Positions 1 through 9,546 of a stretch of DNA of 35,825 nt are shown in pieces (the first letter of the stretch is position 1; each line of letters opens with the position of its first letter). The stretch is from positions 1-35,825 of the forward strand of contig JADGPY010000035.1 in the NCBI GenBank assembly GCA_017882205.1. Reading direction: 5' to 3'. The DNA is from Chitinophagaceae bacterium. Lineage in GTDB: Bacteria > Bacteroidota > Bacteroidia > Chitinophagales > Chitinophagaceae. The notes under the pieces are model-generated. The model did no database searches, had not been told where the DNA came from, and was given only the letters and a program-made list of their open reading frames with translations. The translations under genes and the position numbers were made by a program.

Positions 1-111
1 AATGCATCACTCAGGATAAAAGCAGGTATTAACTGATTCTCGCGAAGCGACAACTAATTACTCTTTATGAACCAGATAAATAAACATTTTCCTAATTGCT
101 GCAAATTTGTA

Positions 112-372
112 GGGAGCCCTCACACAGGCTTAGACCTGATCTGGCCTATGGGCATTATTATGCGTGCCTTAACGAGTTCCAATGATGCAGAGATCAAAAA
201 ATGCATTACATCTCTGGTAGCCACCCATGCAGGAACGGGATTTATGCATGAATCTTTTAATAAAGATGATCCGCAAAAATTTACCCGTAAATGGTTTGCA
301 TGGGGCAATACTATTTTTGGTGAACTGATCATGGATTTCTATCATAAGAAGCCCGTCTTGCTAAATATATAA
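112..372 (+). pseudogene. C-terminal fragment of a glycoside hydrolase family 125 (exo-alpha-1,6-mannosidase-like) gene
   Basis: Motifs GSPHTG..IWPM, THAGTGFMHESF and FTRKWFAWGNT.FGEL are typical of the GH125 C-terminus. In-frame stops at 34-36 and 55-57 mean the N-terminal part is not in this frame. Confidence 0.75.
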
Positions 373-393
373 TAACGTTTACAACAGATCGCC

Positions 394-2400
394 ATGCATA
401 AATTAAATATTTTTTCCGGAAGATGCTTTCTTCTGATCGTTACACTTGTTATAGTTGCCCAGATAAATGCGCAAGTGAGTTCAATTGCTATTTCTTCAGG
501 CTGGAAGTTCAGGCAACAGGATGAAGCAATGTGGCATCCAGCCAAAGTACCGGGGGAAGTGCATACAGATCTCCTTGCTAACAAAATGATACCTGACCCG
601 TATTACCGGGATAACGAAACAAAATTGCAATGGATTGAAAAAGAAAACTGGGAATATAAAACTTCCTTTTCTGTTCCGACTGCAATTCGAAATAAAAAAC
701 ATGTGGAACTTGTTTTTGATGGATTAGATACCTATGCTGATGTATACCTGAATGGACGGTTATTATTAAATGCCAATAACATGTTCAGGCAATGGAAAGC
801 AGACGTAAAGAATAAATTGACCGCCTCTAACAATACGCTGTTCATACACTTTCGTTCAGCGCAGAATATCGTTGATTCTTTAGCAAAGGCAGATCTGCCT
901 TATGTTATCCCGGATAATCCGCGTTGTTACGTGCGCAAGGCGCAATTTCATTTTGGCTGGGATTGGGGTCCAAAGTTTACTACCTGTGGTATATGGAAAG
1001 GAGTGAGGGTAGAAGGTTATAATATAGAGCCTGAAGAAAAAACATTTATCCCACCGGTAAAAGTAGAGTTAGTTCAAAAACCAGATGATAAAGGTTCTTC
1101 TTTCTATTTTTCGATTAATGGAAAGCCTGTGTATATGAAGGGCGCTAATTACATTCCTTCCGATGCATTTGTAACACGCATGACAAAAGATGAATACCGC
1201 AAAGTATTGATGATGGCCAAAGATGCCAACATGAATATGCTTCGCGTTTGGGGTGGCGGTATTTATGAGGATGATTATTTCTATGATCTTTGTGATTCAC
1301 TGGGGATCTATATATGGCAGGATTTTATGTTTGCAGGTACCATGGTCCCGGGTGGTGATGCTTTTTTTTCAAATGTTAGGGAAGAAATAAAATACCAGGT
1401 AAAAAGATTACGTCATCACAAATGCATTGTGCTCTGGTGCGGCAATAATGAAATTGACGAAGCCTTCTTTCATTGGGGATGGCATAGTTCATTCCGTATT
1501 TTACCAAAGGATTCTATAAGGCTGTGGTATGATTATGTGAGATTGTTTAGGGACAGTATTCCTTTATGGCTTAAAGAAGTTGATACCAGTAGACCCTATA
1601 TTAACTCAACCCCCCGTTATGCATGGGCTGATCCAAAGAGTATTATCCAGGGAGATAGCCACTATTGGGGTACCTGGTGGGGAGGGGAGGATTTTGAAGT
1701 ATTTGAAAATAAAACTGGTCGATTTATCAGCGAGTACGGCATGCAGGCTATGCCCAACTATTCAAGCATTGTAGCCATTACACAACCACAAGACAGGTAT
1801 TTATTTTCTAATGTATTACAAAATCACCAGAAGGCCGGTAATGGATTTAGAAAATTGGAGGGTTACTTAAAGGGTTACATGATTGATTCCGTCAAAATAA
1901 ATAAACTTTCGGTTGAAGATTATATATATCTGACCCAGTGTGTACAGTACTATGGGTTCAAAAATATGATCCTTATCCAGCGCAGCCATGAACCATATAA
2001 TATGGGAACCCTGCTCTGGCAGTTGAACGATTGCTGGCCAGTGGCGAGTTGGAGTATTACCGATTATTATAACCGCAGTCCTAAAGCTGCCTGGTACGCT
2101 GTCAAGGAAGCGTACAGTGATGTACGGCCTGAAAGAGATAAGGTACGACCTAAAGATCTTAAGTTAGTTGATCCGGGTATCAAATGGAAAATAGAAGGGA
2201 ATACTATTGTGCTTACATCGGTTTCGTTTGCGAAATATGTGTTTGTTGATATTGCCGGATATGGAGGGAAATTGAGTGATAATTATTTTGATCTTGATCC
2301 TGGAGTGCAGAAACGTGTAGTGTTTAATAAAAAGGATCTGGTCACCGGACTAAAACTAACAGTGAAAGTAAAATCGCTGTATGATGTAGTTAGTAAATAG
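394..2400 (+). CDS. GH2 beta-mannosidase, secreted (compact form)
   Basis: Signal peptide; FDGLDTYA, RKAQFHFGWDWGP, KGANYIP, NMLRVWGGG, WQDFMFA, WCGNNE (acid/base), SEYG (nucleophile), WQLNDCWP, DNYFDL. Confidence 0.93.
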   Translation: MHKLNIFSGRCFLLIVTLVIVAQINAQVSSIAISSGWKFRQQDEAMWHPAKVPGEVHTDLLANKMIPDPYYRDNETKLQWIEKENWEYKTSFSVPTAIRNKKHVELVFDGLDTYADVYLNGRLLLNANNMFRQWKADVKNKLTASNNTLFIHFRSAQNIVDSLAKADLPYVIPDNPRCYVRKAQFHFGWDWGPKFTTCGIWKGVRVEGYNIEPEEKTFIPPVKVELVQKPDDKGSSFYFSINGKPVYMKGANYIPSDAFVTRMTKDEYRKVLMMAKDANMNMLRVWGGGIYEDDYFYDLCDSLGIYIWQDFMFAGTMVPGGDAFFSNVREEIKYQVKRLRHHKCIVLWCGNNEIDEAFFHWGWHSSFRILPKDSIRLWYDYVRLFRDSIPLWLKEVDTSRPYINSTPRYAWADPKSIIQGDSHYWGTWWGGEDFEVFENKTGRFISEYGMQAMPNYSSIVAITQPQDRYLFSNVLQNHQKAGNGFRKLEGYLKGYMIDSVKINKLSVEDYIYLTQCVQYYGFKNMILIQRSHEPYNMGTLLWQLNDCWPVASWSITDYYNRSPKAAWYAVKEAYSDVRPERDKVRPKDLKLVDPGIKWKIEGNTIVLTSVSFAKYVFVDIAGYGGKLSDNYFDLDPGVQKRVVFNKKDLVTGLKLTVKVKSLYDVVSK

Positions 2401-2503
2401 CATCAAAGGCACAAAATGCCGTTAGCAATTCCTTTTCTCCTACTTTCGGGCGACATTACCCATGCCAACCTTAATTTTCGTATTATTGAAGTAATTTGTA
2501 TTA

Positions 2504-3793
2504 ATGCAAAACCAAAACCCTGAGCAACCTGCCCGAGATAATATAGATAAGCAACTTCTTGCTTGTGGTTGGCTTACCAAACAAATCATTCTTTTCAGCC
2601 TGGTAGCCTTAAGTATCAACAGCTGTATTATAAACCGGCAACGCCAGGTTTGGTTAACTGAATTAAAAGATGCCCATGCTGCAGATAAAGACGCAGTAGT
2701 ACGGATCTACCTTGATAAAAGAGGAGAATTTTATCCCGATAATATTTACATACCGTATAAGGCTTTCTTTAAATTTAAAAATAGGAAAAGCACATTTAAA
2801 CTAAAAGAAACTACAGGCAATCTTAAAAGTTATTTCACCACATCCCTTACAGCGTCAAATGATTTGGCAACAGCTTATCATTTGCCCCCTAACCCTGTAA
2901 ATACCACACAGTTATTCAACCAGGTTCAAAAATTAATTCTTACCGGTACTGCAAGCAAAATAAATTATTTGTTGTCGGCGGGTAAGTCAAAAATATTAAT
3001 AATAATGATTCATGGGTTTAATGATCCTAATCCCACGGGCGATTACCAAAGAATGAGAGACTATATAAAAAATTACAAGCTAATTAATGATGCTGTTTAT
3101 TTGGAAGTTTATTGGGATGGCCTCAATGCCAATCAAGGTAATCCGGGCATTTCCAAAATTTGGGCTTTTGCTCAGCTAAATTCTGAATACGAAGCAAATA
3201 CTATTCGTAGTATTTTAAATAGTACAAATCCAGATACTCACTTTCGCATAATTACCCATAGCCTGGGAGCAAGCATTGGGACGGGGGCATTGTTTAATAC
3301 TTACAGTAAATCGAATGATCCTACCAAGCATGATTATTACACACAAATGATTCTTGTTCATGCCCCGCAACAGCAGGATATTCGTATCGGTATGATTGCA
3401 CCTGCCATACCAGGTGTTGAAACATTTACTAATTTTAATATTAGAGATGGAACCAATAATATTTCTATTGATAAAAATAATATCAGCCATGTAGTTATAG
3501 GGTACAAAGAGGCGGACAATGCACTTATAAAAGGGTATTTTCAAAAGAAACAATACTTATCGAAACTATTCGGTGCTACCACATTAGGTTGCAACGCTAT
3601 AACAAAAGGGGAAAGAGAAATAGATAGGGTTTCTGATGAAATGAAAGCCCTGGGTTATACAAATCCGCAGTCCATAATTAATCCTGTAGACTTTAATTCT
3701 ACAGGCACTAATTTTAAAGAAGAGCATGGATTATATTATTATATGAGAAATGAAAAAGCATTGAAACTGTTTTTAGATTATTTGTTTGACTAA
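2504..3793 (+). CDS. Putative lipoprotein of the alpha/beta-hydrolase fold with an HsdR-like N-terminal extension
   Basis: IMIHGFN oxyanion-type motif, IITHSLGA nucleophile elbow, late His (EEHG). Hydrophobic stretch ending SINSC41 resembles a lipoprotein signal. Confidence 0.7.
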   Translation: MQNQNPEQPARDNIDKQLLACGWLTKQIILFSLVALSINSCIINRQRQVWLTELKDAHAADKDAVVRIYLDKRGEFYPDNIYIPYKAFFKFKNRKSTFKLKETTGNLKSYFTTSLTASNDLATAYHLPPNPVNTTQLFNQVQKLILTGTASKINYLLSAGKSKILIIMIHGFNDPNPTGDYQRMRDYIKNYKLINDAVYLEVYWDGLNANQGNPGISKIWAFAQLNSEYEANTIRSILNSTNPDTHFRIITHSLGASIGTGALFNTYSKSNDPTKHDYYTQMILVHAPQQQDIRIGMIAPAIPGVETFTNFNIRDGTNNISIDKNNISHVVIGYKEADNALIKGYFQKKQYLSKLFGATTLGCNAITKGEREIDRVSDEMKALGYTNPQSIINPVDFNSTGTNFKEEHGLYYYMRNEKALKLFLDYLFD

Positions 3794-3826
3794 TTATTTG
3801 ATTGGTAAAAACATTTTCCAATAAAG

Positions 3827-4234
3827 CTATTTTGCTCTCATCTTATTTCCCTTTGCGTCGTGGGTCAGTTCAACAAGCCCCAACGCTTCCATTAATGGAG
3901 GAATATACATTCCAAACCGTCCACGAAGTCCTTTCTTTAGCCCATACCAACCGCCAACAGGATTTTTCTCAGAACGACCCCATGCTTCAACAGTACCTTC
4001 TTTTGCTGGTTTTTGTTCGTCCGCACTGCCAAGCTCCATCCAGTCACCGTGTTTTTTAAGCATGGCATGTAGGTCTGTAAGGCAACGATAGTCATAAAGC
4101 AAAACTGTTTTGCCAACTGAGCAAACTAAAACTTCTTTGCCATCTTTTTCATCTGTATGCATTGTATATTCTGAACTTAATGGTGGTGTTTTTAACACCA
4201 TTGGTTTTTCTTTTGTTCCGATTTTATTTTGCAT
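3827..4234 (-). CDS. Conserved hypothetical protein (DUF6855-like, from memory)
   Basis: 135-aa ORF with conserved-looking LKTPP..SEY, LGSADEQKPA.EGTVEAW.RS..NPVGGWYGLKKGLRGRF. Family name recalled, not searched. Confidence 0.7.
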   Translation of the reverse strand: MQNKIGTKEKPMVLKTPPLSSEYTMHTDEKDGKEVLVCSVGKTVLLYDYRCLTDLHAMLKKHGDWMELGSADEQKPAKEGTVEAWGRSEKNPVGGWYGLKKGLRGRFGMYIPPLMEALGLVELTHDAKGNKMRAK

Positions 4235-4245
4235 TTTTTCATTAA

Positions 4246-4560
4246 TTAAGAGTTAAAAATATTACTTGACGAACCAACTAACGTTAGCAGTTCTTGTTTG
4301 GGAGGAACTTCAAATCCGGCGGATTTAAGTTGTTCTTGAAAATGTTTGAACGCTGGTAATTCATTGAGCAGTTTCTGGTCATCGTCTGATTTGAAAAATG
4401 CTGTATGAATGAATGTTTTACCGTCAGAACTCAAGCAAGAATTATAAAAGATACCTGAATGATTTATCTGCTGCAAATCATTCATTACAGTTTTTATATT
4501 GCCCATATTTTGCTCTACAAAGTCAGGTTTTGTTGTATAAATTACTTTTACGATTTTCAT
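4246..4560 (-). CDS. Small hypothetical protein, probable dimeric alpha+beta barrel (ABM-like)
   Basis: 104 aa; V.Y..KP N-terminus, DG.TF.H and LPAFK.FQ pattern; A-rich start context; 11 bp from the next gene. Confidence 0.6.
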   Translation of the reverse strand: MKIVKVIYTTKPDFVEQNMGNIKTVMNDLQQINHSGIFYNSCLSSDGKTFIHTAFFKSDDDQKLLNELPAFKHFQEQLKSAGFEVPPKQELLTLVGSSSNIFNS

Positions 4561-4719
4561 TTTATTTTTTATTTAGTGTTCAACTTTTGACGTTTGGGTA
4601 AAACAAAACGATAGTCTAATCGCTATTTTTTTCTAAATATTTTTCCATTACCTTCCTATTATGTTCCAAATGATGGAGTTGTAACTAAGCGTAGTTTCCT
4701 TTTTATTCATGGATTAATA

Positions 4720-6015
4720 TTATAAGTCATCCAGATCATTGGCAGTCAAATTTTTCACTAAAACCTTATCAATGCGGTGCCCATCCATGTCAACGATCTC
4801 GAAGTCAAAACCGCGCCATTCAAATGTTTCGCCGGTATGTGGAATATGTTTTAATTCATGGAGGATAAAACCGGCTAATGTATCAAATTGTACCTCACCC
4901 TCTATCCAGCCGGTTTTTTCAAACCAGGTAAGGAAGTCATAAAATTGTATTTGTGCGTCTACCAGGTAGCTGCCATCTTTTCTCTCGATGATGGCATATT
5001 CATCATCCTCATCTTCTGGCATCTCACCTACTATTGCTTTCAAAATGTCATTGATCGTAATCATACCGAGCATTGTTCCATACTCATCCACGATGAATGC
5101 ATAATGGATCTTTGTTTCCTTGAACTTTTCCATAACCTGGTAAGCAGTATTATTTTCAGGAACAAATAATGCTTTCTTCAATAAGTTCTCCAATGGAGCA
5201 TCCGGCTGCAGGTACATTTCTTTTACATATACCACCCCCTTGATATTATCTATGTCTCCATCACATAGCGGGTACACAGAATGCAGGTATTTTTCAATCT
5301 TGGCCTTTATAGATTCTTTGTCCTCATTAATATCAAACCAAATAATGTCTGTACGATGTGTCATCAATGATGTAATATTTCGATCGCCAAGATGGATTAC
5401 TCTTTCTATGATATCTTTTTCCTCTTCTTCAATAGCACCATGTTCACTGCCCTCTGAAATGATAGCCTTGATCTCATCCTCTGTTACCTGGTTGTCGGTG
5501 GAAGGCTTGAAGTTAAACAGATTGAATATCAGGGTGGTGATGTTTGTCAACAACCATACTATCGGGAAAGCGACCCTGCTCAACGTGCGCATTGGTTTAG
5601 CGATTCCTTTAGCAATCTTTTCAGGTCTGAACATCGCAATTCGTTTTGGTAATAGCTCACCAAAAATGATTGAAAGAAAGGTTACAATAATTACGATGAT
5701 AACGGTAGCAATGGTTGCTGCATAGTGCTTTAGAGCATTTATGTTTTCAATGTAAGGCTGCAGGTATTTCCCGAATTTTTCACCGGAGTACACACCGGTA
5801 AGGATAGAGATCAGGGTTATGAATATCTGTGAAGTAGATAAGAAAACTTCAGGATTTTCCTGCAACTTCATAGCGATTTTTGCCTTCTTGTCGCCTTTAT
5901 AAGCCTGGCTTTCTAACCTGGCTTTGCGTGCAGAAATCAATGCGATCTCACTCATTACAAGGAGCCCATTGATTAGGATAAGGCAAAATAATATGAGTAT
6001 TTCAATCATTGTCAT
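4720..6015 (-). CDS. Hemolysin-family / CNNM (DUF21)-CBS-CorC metal transporter-related protein
   Basis: NG...MSEIALISARK, IIFGELLPK, MTHRTDI, IVDEYG...G.IT..DI and C-terminal TLAGFI...VDMDG.RIDKVLV. Confidence 0.93.
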   Translation of the reverse strand: MTMIEILILFCLILINGLLVMSEIALISARKARLESQAYKGDKKAKIAMKLQENPEVFLSTSQIFITLISILTGVYSGEKFGKYLQPYIENINALKHYAATIATVIIVIIVTFLSIIFGELLPKRIAMFRPEKIAKGIAKPMRTLSRVAFPIVWLLTNITTLIFNLFNFKPSTDNQVTEDEIKAIISEGSEHGAIEEEEKDIIERVIHLGDRNITSLMTHRTDIIWFDINEDKESIKAKIEKYLHSVYPLCDGDIDNIKGVVYVKEMYLQPDAPLENLLKKALFVPENNTAYQVMEKFKETKIHYAFIVDEYGTMLGMITINDILKAIVGEMPEDEDDEYAIIERKDGSYLVDAQIQFYDFLTWFEKTGWIEGEVQFDTLAGFILHELKHIPHTGETFEWRGFDFEIVDMDGHRIDKVLVKNLTANDLDDL

Positions 6016-6599
6016 ATCGTTTCCGGGTACTTCAACCCCAGCCGTTTATTAAAAATTCTTGCTGGAAGATACCCCAATATACATCCAAGAATGCCGCCAC
6101 AAATTACATCACCTGGAAAATGTACACCCACATATACCTGTGCATAAGAAATAGTGAGTGCCCATAAAAATATAAGTCCCCACCATTTACTTACTTGTTT
6201 TTTATATGTTGTGTAGATAAACATCGATGCTGTAAAATGATTTGCAGCATGTGAAGATGTAAAACTCGGGTTACCGGGGCATCCATTTACTAATAGCCTT
6301 ATATTAGTGAGCATCAAAGGATCCTGGCACGGCCTGAGGCGCATTACTGCATCTTTTATAAGGGTACTGCTAATATAATCACTCAACAGGGCCGTAAGTG
6401 CAAAAAATAGCACCCAGTACCATCCATTTTTTTTAAAGTTTACCGTTGTAAACATGATCAGGAAAAAATAAAATGGTATCCAGATCTGTGGTTGCCTTGT
6501 AAAGGAAAGGAATGTGTCGAAGAATGAATTATGCCATTCTCCATTGATCTTTGTAAAGAGCAGGTGATCGATTTCAATTATTTTATCCAATACACTCAT
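6012..6599 (-). CDS. PAP2-family membrane phosphatase
   Basis: K....R.RP, SFTSSHA and Y.GVHFPGD motifs; 4-nt ATGA overlap with the CNNM gene. Confidence 0.9.
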   Translation of the reverse strand: MSVLDKIIEIDHLLFTKINGEWHNSFFDTFLSFTRQPQIWIPFYFFLIMFTTVNFKKNGWYWVLFFALTALLSDYISSTLIKDAVMRLRPCQDPLMLTNIRLLVNGCPGNPSFTSSHAANHFTASMFIYTTYKKQVSKWWGLIFLWALTISYAQVYVGVHFPGDVICGGILGCILGYLPARIFNKRLGLKYPETI

Positions 6600-6627
6600 C
6601 TGTTTGCTCTTTGACTAAACATTTGCG

Positions 6628-6635
6628 CAAAAATA
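6628..6635 (-). promoter_or_regulatory. Bacteroidota sigma-70 -7 box (TATTTTTG) for the PAP2-CNNM operon
   Basis: Exact TAnnTTTG match 28 nt upstream of the PAP2 start. Confidence 0.65.
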
Positions 6636-6641
6636 GCTGAA

Positions 6642-6698
6642 AAAATGCCAGTTCTTAGTTCTTAGTTCTTAGAACGAAGAACTAAGAACTGGCATTTT
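6642..6698. repeat. Near-perfect palindrome built from AGTTCTT heptamers
   Basis: 28-bp arms AAAATGCCAGTTCTTAGTTCTTAGTTCT and AGAACGAAGAACTAAGAACTGGCATTTT, 1 mismatch, 1-nt centre. Confidence 0.92.
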
Positions 6699-6700
6699 AC

Positions 6701-6718
6701 TTCGAGCGAAGTGAGAAA
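6701..6718 (-). repeat. Dispersed TTCTCGCTTCGCTC motif, variant copy
   Basis: Reverse complement reads TTTCTCACTTCGCTCGAA, 17/18 identical to the copy at 16422-16439. Confidence 0.8.
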
Positions 6719-6720
6719 CG

Positions 6721-6728
6721 TATCTTTG
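6721..6728 (+). promoter_or_regulatory. -7 box (TATCTTTG) for the sulfatase gene
   Basis: Exact TAnnTTTG match 17 nt upstream of ATG 6746. Confidence 0.7.
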
Positions 6729-6745
6729 TATGTCTTAATCATTTG

Positions 6746-8740
6746 ATGTTCACAAAATTAAAAATTCCAAGATCTGTTCCGCTCACTATCCAGTGGATTA
6801 TTAAGCTTTGGTTCATTTATTTCATCCTATTCACAGTATTCCGTTTTACAACGGTCATGCTTTTTCGTCCTGCAAATGTGCCATTTAATTCTCTAGGGCC
6901 ATCATTTTGGCTGGGCTTTAGATTTGATGCCAAATGGATAGCCATTATACTACTACCTATTGCGATATTCTCTTTACATTCCTTATTCTCACCATTTTAT
7001 TCAAAAAAAAATAAACGATGGTGGTCCTATTACCTGGCCATTGCAACGCTTTTTGTACTTTTCTTTTTTGGTGCAGACTTTGGCAATTTTGGCTACAATC
7101 ATACACGCATAAATGCAAGTGCCTTGAATTTTGCCGAAGATCCTGTAATCTCCTTTAAAATGCTCTGGGAAAGTTATCCCATGATATGGATACTCCTTGG
7201 CTTGTTCGTGGCAGTCTTCCTGATAGCAAAGCTTTTCAGGAGAACACATTTGAATGTTGTAAAGAAAAATTTACAGCTCAATGTGATCTATCAGAAATGG
7301 TGGTATGCAGGAGCCATTTTATTTCTTGCATGGTGTGTTTACGGAGTTTTTTCAGTGCAACCCTTGAAATGGAATGATGCATTTGAGTTGAATGACAACT
7401 TTAAATCATATGTGGCATTAAATCCTCTTCAGAATTTTTTTACAACATTGCGTTTTCGTAACCCTTCCTTCGATGGTCAAAAGGCAAAGCAATATTATCC
7501 TGTCATAGCTGATTTTCTAAAGCTTGATTCAGCTGATATAATTAACACCAGCTATAGCAGGCTTGTAGAACCTGGAAGTAAGTCTCTTGAAAGCAGGCCC
7601 AATATTGTATTGGTAATCTGTGAAAGCTTTAGTATGTATAAGAGTTCTATGAGTGGTAACCCTCTTAATACAACCCCATATTTTAAAAGTTTGTGTGACA
7701 GTGGTATTTTCTTTGATCATTGCTTCAGCGCCACTTTTGGCACGGCCCGCGGAGTCTTTGCAGTGGTCACGGGAACTCCTGATGTGCAGTTGTCAAAATT
7801 CTCCACCCGTAACCCGGATGCCATTGAACAACATACGATCATTAATAATTTTGAGGATTACAATAAGTTTTATTTTCTGGGAGGCAGCAGTGATTTCAAC
7901 AATTTTGTTGGACTTTTAAAAAATATTAAAGGAGTAAAAATATTCCAGGATGGATCGTACACTTCTAAGCCCCTGAATGTATGGGGTATCAGCGATAAAA
8001 ATCTTTTCTTAAATGCGGATACAGTTTTTGCACAACAACGGAAACCTTTTTTTGCGATCATTCAAACTGCGGACAACCATCGTCCATTTAGCATTCCGGA
8101 AGAAGACCGGGACTTTGAAAAAAGAATCATTGCTCCTGACACTTTAATAAAGTATGGGTTTGAATCATTACAGGAATACCAGGCCTTTTGTTATACTGAT
8201 TATTGCTTTCATAAATTCATGCAGGAAGCAAGGAAACATCCTTATTTCGAGAACACGATATTTGTATTTGTTGGAGACCATGGAGTGGAAGGGGAAGCGG
8301 GGCAAATGTATCCCGATGCATGGACTGCAAACAGGCTTAGTGATGAGCATGTTCCTTTATTATTTTATTCGCCAGGGTTACTAACTCCGCAATGTCGTTC
8401 TGAAGTTGTTTCACAGATTGATGTACTGCCAACAATTGCAGGAATGCTGCATCAATCATATACAAATACAACACTGGGACGTGATTTGTTACATTTGAAA
8501 AATAAAACGGATGCTGCCTTCATTATCCATCACGACGAAGGAAATATCGGAATAATCAATAATGATTTTTATTTTATTAAAAATATACGGATCAATAAAG
8601 AGCAACTGGTTCCTATTCGGGCGAACCAACTCAATCTCTCTGTTCAACAACAGGATTCTGTAAGAAAAAAATTATCTGAGCTGGCATCGGCAATTTATGA
8701 AACGTCGAAGTGGATGTTGGTGCATAATAAGGCGAAGTGA
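6746..8740 (+). CDS. LTA synthase family / sulfatase-like membrane phosphotransferase
   Basis: About five N-terminal TM segments, then PNIVLVICESF, TPYF, NH.PF, YTD, TIFVFVGDHG, SQIDVLPTI, GRDL. Confidence 0.9.
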   Translation: MFTKLKIPRSVPLTIQWIIKLWFIYFILFTVFRFTTVMLFRPANVPFNSLGPSFWLGFRFDAKWIAIILLPIAIFSLHSLFSPFYSKKNKRWWSYYLAIATLFVLFFFGADFGNFGYNHTRINASALNFAEDPVISFKMLWESYPMIWILLGLFVAVFLIAKLFRRTHLNVVKKNLQLNVIYQKWWYAGAILFLAWCVYGVFSVQPLKWNDAFELNDNFKSYVALNPLQNFFTTLRFRNPSFDGQKAKQYYPVIADFLKLDSADIINTSYSRLVEPGSKSLESRPNIVLVICESFSMYKSSMSGNPLNTTPYFKSLCDSGIFFDHCFSATFGTARGVFAVVTGTPDVQLSKFSTRNPDAIEQHTIINNFEDYNKFYFLGGSSDFNNFVGLLKNIKGVKIFQDGSYTSKPLNVWGISDKNLFLNADTVFAQQRKPFFAIIQTADNHRPFSIPEEDRDFEKRIIAPDTLIKYGFESLQEYQAFCYTDYCFHKFMQEARKHPYFENTIFVFVGDHGVEGEAGQMYPDAWTANRLSDEHVPLLFYSPGLLTPQCRSEVVSQIDVLPTIAGMLHQSYTNTTLGRDLLHLKNKTDAAFIIHHDEGNIGIINNDFYFIKNIRINKEQLVPIRANQLNLSVQQQDSVRKKLSELASAIYETSKWMLVHNKAK

Positions 8741-8751
8741 TTACCCCAGGG

Positions 8752-9504
8752 CTAAAGCCTTGGGTTAATCTTCCTCGCAATCATTAATAATCGCGGTGAT
8801 TTTCTTACATCATAATTATTAAAAGCATAATCCCCATACACTTCCTGTATCTGTAATCCCTGGAAAGCAAACATATCTGTGAAATCGCCAAGGGAGAATT
8901 TGGCAACTTTTTCAGTGTATTCTAATGGGTCTTCAAGGTTTTCATCCTCCACAACGATTTTTTTATAAAAATGTGTTTCATCATACCACTTTGTTATAAA
9001 GTAATTTACCTCATCTATCTGCTTCTCAGACTTATGCACAAGGTGATCTTCAGCATAATGCACATTCAGGTAATCCAAAACAAAAACACCATTATGTTTT
9101 AGTGATTGAGCAATGGTTCGAATGCTGTTATCATGCTCACGACGGGTTTTGAAATATCCAAAACTGGTAAAAAAATTAAATGCATAATCAAAATAGTTGA
9201 TCCAAAACGGTAGGCGCATATCATGCAAAAAAAACTGGAGATGCTCTGTTTCTAATTCTTTTGCTTCCAGGATGCTGTCTTCAGAAAGATCAATACCTGT
9301 AACATCGAAGCCTTTGGTTGAAAGCAAGATAGAATGCCTGCCTTTACCACATGCTACATCCAGCATGGTTGATAAAGGTGCCGGTTTAAGATGATCAATC
9401 AACTTATTAATAAAAGCAGCGGCTTCAGCTTCGTCACGTTGAAAATAAAGCTTATGATAATAAGGCGAGTTGAACCATCCTTTAAACCAAGTTTTCTCTG
9501 GCAT
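8752..9504 (-). CDS. Class I SAM-dependent methyltransferase
   Basis: LDVACGKGRH, VTGIDLS, HDMR, FTSFGYF. Start moved to MPEKTWF (9504) because the longer ORF runs through promoter/repeat DNA. Confidence 0.9.
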   Translation of the reverse strand: MPEKTWFKGWFNSPYYHKLYFQRDEAEAAAFINKLIDHLKPAPLSTMLDVACGKGRHSILLSTKGFDVTGIDLSEDSILEAKELETEHLQFFLHDMRLPFWINYFDYAFNFFTSFGYFKTRREHDNSIRTIAQSLKHNGVFVLDYLNVHYAEDHLVHKSEKQIDEVNYFITKWYDETHFYKKIVVEDENLEDPLEYTEKVAKFSLGDFTDMFAFQGLQIQEVYGDYAFNNYDVRKSPRLLMIARKINPRL

Positions 9505-9546
9505 AAGTAACATTAATATGCAAATTAGCGAATAAGTAATTAAGCA

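Noticed and set aside
2441-2494. TACTTTCG promoter-like box followed by a short ORF MPTLIFVLLK as the remnant of a displaced gene
   Set aside because: Too short to assign. The box may simply drive the gene at 2504.
4648-4710. 20-codon minus-strand ORF MNKKETTLSYNSIIWNIIGR after the CNNM gene
   Set aside because: No motif or structural support; expected by chance.
4720-6015. 'Hemolysin' as a virulence factor
   Set aside because: CNNM/CBS/CorC proteins are widespread Mg/Co homeostasis proteins and the name is historical.
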